A DNA stretch of 62,390 bases, the filler included, from Platydemus manokwari (taxonomy: Eukaryota): assembly GCA_037951405.1 (NCBI GenBank). It is 6 parts of 6 records of this genome, joined end to end, with 100 filler letters (N's around TTAATTAATTAA, not from the genome) between each part and the next. Parts side by side here need not be neighbours in the genome. Positions count along the whole stretch, not along the records: positions 19,547 to 32,634 come from JBBMOY011845834.1; positions 32,735 to 42,106 come from JBBMOY011258430.1; 4 more parts are not named here. The stretch is one strand, 5' to 3'. The notes beneath the pieces are model-generated. The model was not told the origin of the DNA, did not search any database, and saw only the letters and a program-made list of their open reading frames with translations. A program made the position numbers and the translations under genes. Below are positions 30,708 through 42,206 of this stretch, one piece after another (the first letter of the stretch is position 1; each line of letters opens with the position of its first letter).

Positions 30708-31598
30708 CTAGATATAAGAGGATTTGTTTTGTTTACTGTCATCATCTGATACATTATAATCATCTAAAAGAGCAACATTATCTGTCTTAATTATTTTCTT
30801 TTTTCTACGCCCAATCTCTAAACTAGACCATAAACTACTCAAGCTGCTTCGAAGAGATCGTCTAAGGTTTCGCTTGGGTAATTTTATGTCCTTTCCGAGA
30901 TTTACTCCAATCTGAATTTTAGTATATGTAGTGGATTAAAACAATCGTTTGATTTACTTCAATATTTCCGGATTTTAGATACTCAAGGTGCTGATTATAG
31001 CCTTGATCGGCTAATTTTTCTTCATTTGGTTTAGTCCACAGCTTGAGCATCAAACTCAGACATACAACACAGATGGAACTGGCTGCCATTGCTACTGAAG
31101 CCATCCATGGCATAAATACAACTCCGACAGGCATAAGTGCACCTAGAAATCTCATAAATAAATATTTCAAATATAATCTTGAGAAAACTGATTTGGAAGA
31201 AAAACCATCCATTTAGAGTACATACCTGCTGCTATTGGAATTCCAATCAAGTTATACATTGTTGCTGCAATAAAATTCTGTCTAATCCTTCTCACTGTAG
31301 CTTTACTCAATTTCATAGCGGCTATAACATCAAGCAGAGAATTTCTGATGAGAACTACGTCAGCTGCTTCCACTGCTACATCAGTGCCCGTTCCAATTGC
31401 GATACCTACATCAGCCTGAGCAAGAGCCGGACTATCATTGATTCCATCACCGACCATGGCTACGACTTGCGACTTTGAAGATTTCCTACAACATCTAAAC
31501 AGCGAAGAACTTTTCTTATCACAGGTGGCTTGGATTTGTTGAATTTTCGCGACTTTGTGTGAAGGAAGTACTTCTGCAAAAACGTGGTATATGCCAAC
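30708..31598 (-). CDS. ATP7: Copper-transporting P1B-type ATPase (ATP7A/B-like), last three exons
   Basis: Exons 31598-31226, 31142-30958, 30911-30708. Motifs [57 protein letters not shown], and a tail with ALLDD di-leucine. Stop TAG at 30710-30708. Confidence 0.96.
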
Positions 31599-32580
31599 CT
31601 AAATTATCTCATTTGAAATATCTTTTATAATTAAGAATGTAGTTATATATACTTATCTCTTAATATCACCGCAACCGAAAATCAATTCTACATTCACTAT
31701 ATATTAATAACAATATCAATACTCATTTGTTTATGCAAGATAAGAAGAGACTGTGATTTCATTATAAATCTAGAAAGATAGAACCTCATAAGTAAGTAAA
31801 CATTTATTATTGAGGTTTTCAAAACATTATGGTAACTGCTACTTTATATAAGTAATTTAAAAAAAAACTTATAATCAGCGTTAGTTATTATAATAATGAT
31901 TCTATCTGGAACCTTCGATCAGTGTTTATAAATCAATTTTGCTAATCTAAATGAGAATTTATAAATTGTAATTATAAATATAAATTATAAATTAATAAAG
32001 ATGGAGAAATCGTTCATTTACGTTAATGTAATTAAAGATCTCAGAAAAGGAAAGAAAAATGCAACAATTTTAGGAATTAATCTAATTAGTGAATCACGTT
32101 GAAAATTATTATAAACTAGTGAATAATTAATTATTATTTTATAATGAGGAAAATATTAATTATTTCTCATAATTTTCTAAAAATTTGTTTTCTCATAAAA
32201 ATTATTACATCTAATTGATAATAAATTTAAGATAATTTTTTTGACAATATTGACAGTGCCTCTGTTCAGAGTTTTGTAACTATTATTTTAATCGAGGAAA
32301 ACCATAACATAAACCAATTTGAAATTATTTAAATATTAAACCTTTCAATGCTTCAGATCAAATATAAAATAAATTTTTCAAAACATATTTTCCTAAGTGT
32401 GCATATATTTACCAGAATAAACTCAATGCTATTTTAAAAATTGGACTTAACTTTTAAAAATATAAAATAACATTACTAAGATGATATAATCCAGAAATGT
32501 GATAAGGCCGAAAATAAGAGAAGAATTGTAATAGTGATAATCTAATGAAAAATTAAGTAGTAAAAATAAATGAATATTAG

Positions 32581-32600
32581 TATTATTATTATTATTATTA

Positions 32601-32634
<34 letters not shown>
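32581..32634. repeat. (TAT)n microsatellite at contig end
   Basis: About 18 near-perfect TAT units running into the spacer. Confidence 0.9.
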
Positions 32635-32734
32635 NNNNNNNNNNNNNNNNNNNNNNNNNNNNNNNNNNNNNNNNNNNNTTAATTAATTAANNNNNNNNNN
32701 NNNNNNNNNNNNNNNNNNNNNNNNNNNNNNNNNN
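32635..32734. other. Artificial contig spacer
   Basis: Same N44-TTAATTAATTAA-N44 block. Confidence 0.97.
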
Positions 32735-33133
32735 TTTTAAATTTATAATGAAATAATTAGTTTTTTAATATTATTATCATTAATTAAAGTTATTATTATT
32801 AATTATTATTAATATTATTATTGTTATTTTAATATTATTATAATTAAGAAAATCAATCCAATAAAATATGAATCAAAATAACAAAAAATCTTTCACTGGT
32901 ATTGAATGGTCAGTATTTATTAAAGGTTTCAAATGACCAATGTGAATCAATTCAATAAAATACACCCCATTACAGTCATTTCAAAGTTGCCGATTTCGGT
33001 CACTATTTTCATGTCAAGGCACAAGAGCAAATATGGTCTTATTATCCAATTGAAACACGAGTCGAAATTTTGCAATTCATATAAATACAATCAATCAATA
33101 CATATTACTGACATCATTGATTAATTTGACAAG

Positions 33134-33520
33134 TCTGTTAAACGAATGTGGTGCTACTGTACTCCATCTCCACATCATCGATGTAATTTGACAACCGGTC
33201 AAGTCAAATGTAAATCCGAGAAAGAACATTGTATTTTAGGAAAATCGAGCAAAAAATGGACTCAAAGTTGTTGGGAATGGCCGACAGCATCTGGTAAATT
33301 GATTGCATGTCTTTTCATTGATTTTTCAATTTTATTTGATGAAATTATTATTTGTTTTAATAAATATTTATGATCCTGTTGAATGAGATCCATTCAGAAT
33401 GTCCCGACACCGTTGGACCGTGTTATCTATTGGGAAATAATGTCTTGCAACCGGCTTGTTGCTGTAAGGGAAATCTCTGCAATCACAAATTCGTTGAGTT
33501 TGTATATAAACCTGATAAAG
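33134..33520 (+). CDS. Activin/BMP type II receptor-like ectodomain, two exons
   Basis: Exons ~33134-33293 and 33398-33520 (phase-1 GT-AG intron) give WCYCTPSPHHRC...KC...HC...SCW...ECPDTVGPC...ACCCKGNLCNHKF. The CCCxGNxCNxKF cysteine box is typical of ACVR2-type receptors. The second exon is not translated in this frame in the ORF track. Confidence 0.8.
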
Positions 33521-35852
33521 GTAAAAATATCTAATATTTTTAAAACATCTCCATTAATCAATCATCAATATTTGATTCGATAACTTATCGATGATTTATC
33601 ATCAAATATTTCCAGCTAGTTCAACATTATTTGTATAGGTACAATGTAATATAATTATCTAAGGACAATCGATGGAAAATATGGACAATAGGAATCGATA
33701 CCAATGTAATTGATGACAACTGAATTATATAGTAATTCCATCACGAGGAAGAATATCAATCATTATCATTATATATAGAAATCTATAATAAATAATAGTT
33801 AAACTATAATTACTGAGTTCGAAATATCGTCACATCAGATAAATATTTTACTGATAAGTTTAATGAATATCTTTTACGATTTTATCTTTCCTAATTATGT
33901 TTGTTTTGATTATGCACGACTTTCTTTCCAACAATTTTTAATAAAGAAATGATTTATTAAATACCGCATTAAGTTAATTTCAGAAATATATTATACGTCA
34001 AATATAATATTTTATAAAATATACAATCACCAGATATTTTTAATTTAATGAAGTTGAGAACTCTTCGAATTTAAAAATGTTTAATAATCACAATAATTTA
34101 CGCTTCAATTCTAGATTTTAATTAATGTCAAATAGAGTATGTCTCTGTTTTGCTATAATATTCAAATAATGGCACTCGGTAAAAATCAAATGTGGATAAC
34201 TTGAATAAGTTGTTATATTGATAGCTCCGTGAGACTCAGTATAACAGGTGCCTTTTCACAATTCTTCAGTTGGTTAAAGTATGTATAAAAATTTGTGATA
34301 GTTCTGTCAGTATTTTGGTTTTCTGTGTTCGTTTTTGTATATAATTACAATTTTAAAGAGACTATTCTACAGATAATTAACCATTATTTGCATTACTTAT
34401 CAATCTTCAACTTTTAATTTGAGTTATTTTTTTATTCTTTTTAAAAAATTTTTATTCTTATTATTTTTGGTTCTAATATTTTATTTATTATTTTATTGGT
34501 TTTTTTTATTTTTCATTATTTTATTTATTACATTATTGTTTTTTTATCATTATCTGAATTCATTTCCTGATAAACTCCCTTTTTAGTTCTAATAATGAAA
34601 ACTGTTATGTTAAGTTTGAAATAGTTGTTTTAATAGATTGTTGGTGGCAATCTGTTGATAGGGATAATGATGAATTATCGATTATTGCTTGTTCTGATCA
34701 CAATATTAGAAGATTCAATTATAATGAAGAAATTAATTCCAAAATTTATGAGATATTATCTGGGCATCTTTTTATCGACACGTTAAATCACTCAACGCGA
34801 AGCTTTCTGGATTTAATTTAATGCTTTGATATAATATTTATTGAAAGAATTCAAAAAAACTTTAGGTTCGCCATTCATTCTTAAGAAGTAATCAATTGTT
34901 GTTTTAATTTTATTTTCAATTTCAAATCTTGTTATTCAATTCAAATTCTCAAAACAGTTCCTACTTTCTCAGATTGATAATTTTTATAGCAAGTGAGAAC
35001 TGTCAGGATAGCTGATAGTCCAAAAATCTCTAAATAAACTCATAATCATTATCGATTATTTTAATTTCATTAGCGTAAGAACTATCAAGTGGTTTTCGTA
35101 AGAAAATTTAATCAACGAAATGTTTTAAAGAGTTTGAACTTCCGTGTAAACTAATATTACGCTGTCTGCAGAGTGACACCCACGTGAATATGAAAAGCTA
35201 TTAAAATAGCCGAGGCAATTCATAATGCTATATTGAAGGCTGGTATTGGATATTCTAGAGCTTTAGTTAATCTTAACCATGACAACAACAAGATATAAAT
35301 TTCTGTAGAAAAATTTATTACAATGAACAAGTAAAAATTAAATGGGTTAAAAACAAAGGTGATATTTTCCCATTTACTTATTTCTATGGAAACTCCCTTG
35401 TGACAGCATGGTTGTTTTTAAATATGGCATTTGCAGACCATGTGTGGTATTCATTTTCGGCCACAATATTTTAACGAATAATAGCGTTATTGATTATTAA
35501 ATCATCATCATAAATTAAAATATTATTTTTAGAATAATATTGATTATTATTTTTATTAAAGGCACTAAACCAGAGATTTTTATATCGTTGATTGTTCAAA
35601 TCAAAATAATTTTTCTTATTTCTTCCTATCATTAAAACAAATTCAAAAGTTATAACAATAACCAATTTTTCAAATTAAACAGTCAAACCATTTTCATACA
35701 GAATATGCAACATACAGAAATATATCTCAACACATTATATATACACACATTTATAAAATTCATTTTAGAAAATCAATACTGACTTGATGAGGTTCACAGC
35801 GAATAAACGAAAATGAAAATGATTACGGCAATAAATGTGATAATGATAAAAG

Positions 35853-37894
35853 CTATAAATATGAAAACATATGAGTGACTAGAATGTTCTGATTTTTCGA
35901 TTTTGGGTAAAACGGGTGATTTGATCTCCACGGGACTCTGGTTTTCGATATCCCTCGTCGGTGAACTCGGACCTCAAGAATTTTGAAATCACGAGACTCA
36001 TTGATCGTAGGTTTGATATTGTCATTAGTTATTGCTCTTGGTGGGTCGATATTTGTGAATTGATAAGATGGCCTATTGATATGGTTCCTGCTATTGATTA
36101 TACTATTTCTAATACTCGGACGATTAATAGTTTTCGGACTTTTGAATTTAACCTTAATATAGGTATAGATCCCGATACCATCAAGATCATCCTTTACAAA
36201 CCCACGATTAATCATCTTTTGCGATGCCCATTCACTCAAATTATCAACGAGAATTATCAATTTAAATCTCCATTTCAACTCATCCCAGACATCAGAAAAA
36301 TTCATCGAGTGTGGAAACAGCATTAGACAGACATCATAACTTGTATCCATATATGTCAGCATCCCTGTTGATAGATCGCCTTCCTATTTAGAAAATAAAA
36401 TCAATATTTGTAAATCTATTAATAACATTAACAAATTAAATCTCATATCAACACTAAGCTCACTTGAACTTTTCGAAAAAGAGTCACAAAACATTGTAAA
36501 AACAAAGTCAAAATAATAAATTTTGCCATGACAACAATAAAGTAAGCTCTTATGATATCCAATAAAATATCATTTAGGTAGATTGTGTGTGCCATGACTA
36601 ATGATTGTTTAATCTATAACACTAAAGTTGTCGTACAAGTTCCGGTGTAGTCTGCTCTAAACCAGTAAATCAATTTTGTGCGAAATTTTTTTGTTTATAA
36701 AAACAAAATTGGTTTAATTTGCTGACGAGACTTGATAAATAAGTGATTAATTACTGGGCGATCCATTTTGCGGGTGACCATAATCAATTTCTGAACGACT
36801 TATCCAAAGTAAGTTTACAATTGAGCTTTTTAGTGTAACCATTTATTCTCAAGCTCATTATTATTAAAAAAAGCTTCACAAAGGTGCTTCACCTGTACTG
36901 GATTTAGTCAATAACCATTAGAAATTTTCATCTCATATTTATTCCTCATATCATTATTTGATGGAAATTTTCGGGAAATTGATGAACAAATTTCAGAAAT
37001 ATTTTTTATTGATAAGTTCCAGTTAATTATAAAAATATCATTCAATTAGCGAAGCCTACCAACTTATTCATCAATAAATCCTATCATATGGTTTATATTA
37101 CTGACAAATCAATATTTATTATTCGAGTAATATACATTACCTCAAATCGAATACATGTGTTATAATCAGCAACTTCATTGAGCCTAGAAATATATTTCCC
37201 CCAATATCGTAATCTGTCCACAGCTAAGATATCTAATCGTAAATAATTGCGATTTAATACGTTACGTATATAGTCGATATATGCAACAATTTCAGGTCCA
37301 GGTCCACAACCAAAACTAACGATTGATTGGCTCTAAATCAATCGAAAATTATTTTCGAATAAAGTAAGTATTGTAAATAAATCTTAAATTCGAATCTAAT
37401 TAATTTTTATTTAAATAATCAATAAAATTTGTCGAAAACAGTTTGATTTACATTTATTGATATGAAAATATTATAATTGATTATATCAATTGCTTTGCTA
37501 TATCTTTGATAAAACTTATTGATTTTCGAAACTCAATCTTTAATCACAAATCCGAAAAATTATATTAAAACAAATGTAAATAAATTCCAACCGATTGCAA
37601 TATCGATTCCAATTCAGGTTCCCGATCGATAATTTGTAACGTTGCATTGAATATATTAATTTGCTTCTGAAACTTTTTCAAAACGTAACACGCGCTAGGA
37701 AAATTTTTAAAAAATTTTAATAAATCAAATAAATACCCAAATAATGGGTCATCGAAATAATGATAAATGTTGTGTCTTCTGACAGCGTTCATCCATTCTT
37801 CGACTTTAAATTCATATAGCCTGACATCATTCGGAAATGATTTTGCTTTCTCAGATTGAGCAACATTATCTACCGCGTGGATAAATGAGATCAT
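35853..37894 (-). CDS. Uncharacterised class I SAM-dependent methyltransferase, 3 exons (~340 aa)
   Basis: Exons ~37894-37592, 37332-37141, 36383-35853, all phase 0. Motif I IVSFGCGPGPEIVA, motif II ILAVDR..W, then FEEGDL and YDVCLMLF. The start codon is uncertain. Confidence 0.72.
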
Positions 37895-39780
37895 AGAACA
37901 ACTTTTTTTCCCAAATTCCAAGTATTAACTTGACCTCGACATTGAAAATTTATTTTACTTAAACAACCACACCACAATTTTTGTTTTCAATTTAAATAAT
38001 TATTTGCTAAATTCAAGCTAAAAATGTTTTATTCAACAAAATAATATTTTATTTTTTCAAACCGTAAAGTCTGTCGAAAAATTTTAAAATTTTAAAATCA
38101 AACGTTATACTTTTAAACTAGATTTTCAAAACTAAAGATAATCTAATGGGGAGTTGCCTTTATATTTTGGCAATTAAATATGCTATGACTTTCCATTTTC
38201 GGAAATTTCCTTCCACGTACATCGAATATTTGAGCACAGACTGCACATTAAAGCTTTGTTTATATCGAGGTCCAATGTGAATAATCGATATGTATTTTAA
38301 TGTTTTGATCGAATTCGTCGTGAACCCGGTAAACCGAAATGAAATTTATGTAGAAAGAGTATATGTTTAATCCATGTGTTTATTCAGTATGTGTTATGGC
38401 AAATACTATGACTTTAGAAACTTTATTAATACAAAGTATCATTAAATTGAAATAATTATTTGATGGTCCTTAACTATTTGATGACTCAATTATTTTAATT
38501 TGCAGCGAACATTCCTTTTGTTTCTTTCTGGCATATAATATATTTAATCCTCTTCCCTTATCTACTGCATTTCAAAAAGCGCACACACTTCTCTATAGTA
38601 TTAAAAATAGCACCAATAGACATTGTCAACTCCCTAAACCCCATTTAGATTTCATGCCCTGCAATAAATCTCCTATAGAGTTGACACATGAAAACTCCAT
38701 ATAAATCATTACCCTAAAAATCACTAAATATGCGCCTTAGAATGTTTCCTAAAAGTGTGGACTGAGCTGCTGCAAGCCAATATATTCTCCAAAATAAACA
38801 ATTGGTAATTGGAAATTGGTAATTAGAAAGTACTAAGAGATAGATTTTTTCGTATTGACTATCACTCATAAATTTCGTAAATTTTAAATTTTATGGTAAT
38901 AGTAATAGTAATCAAGTTATCGAAATTTTCTCTGCATCTTTATTAATTTTCCGACACCGGATTTCTCGTTAATCGCTGAGGCGAGGTACGAGGTATTGAC
39001 GCAAACCTTGTTGTTTATTTGTTTAATTAATTAATTGTTATCCGTTTTCGAAAATACATATTTGATAACCCACAGTTTGTTATTAATTATAACTAATAAT
39101 TGTGAATCTCGAAACATCATCTACTTTTCTTTAGGCCCAGAGAGCCAAGGTATTCTCTGTACTTCAGCTTAATATATCAAATTTATCTTCCAACATCTTT
39201 GTCCTCAATACCAGGTGTTGAAGCCCCCATCGGATCAGTACCTTTAGAGTGAAGCGCCAAATAATTAAATAAATCAATAACATTTTAACAACCACCAAAC
39301 AAATATCACATTTTTAAGTATGACATGCTGACAATACCATTTATGCCTCTCTAAATTCAATAAATGTTATATTGTGGTATAAATGATTGTATTGTTTTTA
39401 ATTTTGGTGTGGAATCAGTCCTTATCCGAAACATTAAAATACAACATATATACTTAAATACATATATAAGTAAAAAGAATTTGAAAAATTAAAAAAATTT
39501 AAATTTAAAGAATTTTACTTGTGACTGAAAAAATAAAATTAAAAATTTGTACAAAAAATTTTGTTTATCCACAACAAATTCTTTTGTTTAAAACGAACCC
39601 AAACTCAAAGCAAGAAAATTATCCTAAAATCTATTTTTAGCAACTACTTCCCTGCTAAAAATAGTGTAGGGCTAAAAACAGTAAGCTGTTGCTAAATTTA
39701 TACATGACGCTTAGAGAGTTCTGTGTGGTTGTTTTAAACTTATTAAAGTTCAAGCTTATATCTCCATCCATCTTTCTTAT

Positions 39781-40850
39781 CCAAACGGGGAGACACGAAC
39801 CGTACCTACAATAATGATGTTAAACAAGTCTTCAGACGCAATCCGGCTAGTAATCAATGCACCAATCACAAAATGTGCTACGATATTATATAGTACCAAT
39901 TATGAAGGTGTTTATTATAGCAAGGAGAAGCTAAAAAACGCACAAACCCTTCACAAAAATGATATTAAACTAGCCAGCTATATGAACAATAGAGTCGGTT
40001 TCCTCTACCATGACTTACAATCACAGCTGCTCGAAATGTACCAGGAAACACTAATCGCCAACTGCGACTAATCGCTAAGGGACAGAGAAATTCTACGGAA
40101 CCGACTAGCCAAAGCCAACCTATACTTAATCACACTCATCATCATGGAAAAAGGACAATATGGCAAGGTTAATAGAGAAACCAGGTTCGAATTTCGCTGC
40201 AAAGAAGTAGAAGTCATGATGGTCCACGTACATGAATGCACAAACGAATTAAAGGTCACTTATCAAGGTAAAATCAGATACATGGATCCAATCACCAGGA
40301 TACTACTGGAGCCCAACGCCAAGCCAACCAAAGGAACGTGCACTTCACTCTTCGCACTACTATACAAAATTAAGAACCCATGGATGACACTACCATCAAG
40401 AGGGTTACCACGCCTACCAGTACAGACACTAAATCGCAGTGTAATAGAGGGACGTGCCAGTTTAGGACCCATAAAATCTTTCGAAAACATGGGACGATAC
40501 AACCCTAAAGACACTGAAGATGCACGACGAGCGTTAATGTTTCCACAACTACGGGATCGAGGTATCACTGAGATAATCAGACGAATTTATCACTATGGAT
40601 CAAGGCCTGTTTACTGCCGAACATGTCATGTACCAAATCTGGGGTAGCTTCATGACATTTGGAATATTCTTTACCGGATGCACGGGCATCTACGTCACGT
40701 GTACATTATTATACGTCGTGTTCCACCGCGCAATGACGGGGTTCTTATTGTACCGAGCCTTTTGATGCACCAGAAGAATTCCATTGGCACTATGTCCGCC
40801 TTGCGCTGATTACTCCATACACGCACAGCACCGAAGAGAAATACAGTAAA
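39781..40850 (+). pseudogene. Chuvirus/herpes-gB-like (class III) envelope glycoprotein, C-terminal half, disrupted
   Basis: ORFs 39814-40071 and 40144-40647 are one frame broken by a single TAA (40069-40071): YMNNRVGFLYHDLQSQLLEMYQETLIANC...RCKEVEV...ECTNELKVTY...MDPITRILL...CTSLF..LYKI. After a frameshift comes the membrane segment WGSFMTFGIFFTGCTGIYVTCTLLYVVF (from 40640). Recognised from recalled chuvirus glycoprotein motifs; no search was run. Confidence 0.8.
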
Positions 40851-41181
40851 TGAAGATGTGGATGAAAGAAAAGCAACACGCTATCCGGAAACCAACATGG
40901 CCAACGAATGACGACAGCGACGAAGAATACCCCACCACAATTAAGATTTGGACAGAAAAAATTAAACCAAAAAGAAAGCAAATACCCATGGAAGACATTT
41001 AGTGGTACCAATTAACCGTCAGCACACCACCTTATCGTCCAGTACAAGTCGAAAAAGACATGCCCATTATACTCAAACGAAATAGAATTCAAGAAACCTC
41101 AAGGAAAAACCCGAAATGACAAATGGAAAACTTATCCTACAACGGAGCTACAGGCAATGATCGACAACCAGGAAGACGACT

Positions 41182-41735
41182 TTGGTAGATTACGTGAACG
41201 TAGCAAGCACAGGCAGAAACGGACTCATCCAGATAAAACTTAACCGCTACTCTGTAATGGCACTAATAGATACAGGAGGTGAAGTTACTATCATCAAGCC
41301 GGAAATACTAAACCACATAGAAATGCAAAACCTAGTTAAAGATGAGAATCAGCTGCCTATAGTCGGAATTTATGGGATGAAACTGCCTTTATTAGGAGTA
41401 CTACCATGTAGGTTACACATCTGCAACAAGATGTTAACAGTTGAAGCAAGAGTATCCACATGGGCACCATCTCATTGCGTAGTCGGACAAGATGCAATAA
41501 AACAATTGAAAGACATTGTGTTTGATTGCAGCACAGGAAAATTAATTTCCATTGAAAAACATGAAAGACGAGGCGATACGGAAATTTATATGGGAGAGAC
41601 CGGAGATATCCCATCACGAGTAGAAACCATATACTATGCCAACACTGCACAACCAGATGGAACCGAACTAGTATTCGAACCAAGCCAGGAATTTTTCCAA
41701 CGATATAGAATACCCATAGGAAATGGAATCGCTTT
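41182..41735 (+). mobile_element. Retropepsin (Gypsy-type aspartic protease) plus post-protease linker, truncated pol
   Basis: VMALIDTGGEVTII (DTG at 41269), IVGIYG flap, VVGQDAI C-terminal motif, then DIPSRVET...LVFEP. Same A/C-rich composition as the glycoprotein block, with an abrupt return to AT-rich DNA at ~41735. Confidence 0.88.
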
Positions 41736-42106
41736 GTTTACACAATCAATTGTTATTTAATTTGTAGATTGTACTGATCCATAATTATAGTTTAGTATCA
41801 CTGCGTTATTGTTATTTACTGTCTTATTATTATTATTTATATTTAAAACCATTTACTTCTAACGAACGCAGCCAATCATTTGGAGTCTGGTTGGCACCAC
41901 AAACGAGCACATTGAAACAACAACCCACACAAAATCAATAATACATTAAAAACCAATAGTAACATTGAAGACCTTACTTCGAAATTAAATGTCCAATGTA
42001 GATAACTTCTTATTATCAAATGTAATAGGTTTGATGTGTTTTGGGGTTGCACTTATTTTATTTGTATTATCAGTCTCTATATTAGTTTTACTTGTGGATC
42101 AAAGCT

Positions 42107-42206
42107 NNNNNNNNNNNNNNNNNNNNNNNNNNNNNNNNNNNNNNNNNNNNTTAATTAATTAANNNNNNNNNNNNNNNNNNNNNNNNNNNNNNNNNNNNNN
42201 NNNNNN
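42107..42206. other. Artificial contig spacer
   Basis: Same N44-TTAATTAATTAA-N44 block. Confidence 0.97.

Noticed and set aside
31179-31478. 99-aa plus-strand ORF
   Set aside because: Antisense shadow of the ATP7 exon.
35961-36326. 121-aa plus-strand ORF
   Set aside because: Antisense to the methyltransferase last exon, with no motif.
40263-41683. Several minus-strand ORFs (101, 73, 62, 108 aa)
   Set aside because: Antisense shadows of the GC-richer env/protease block.
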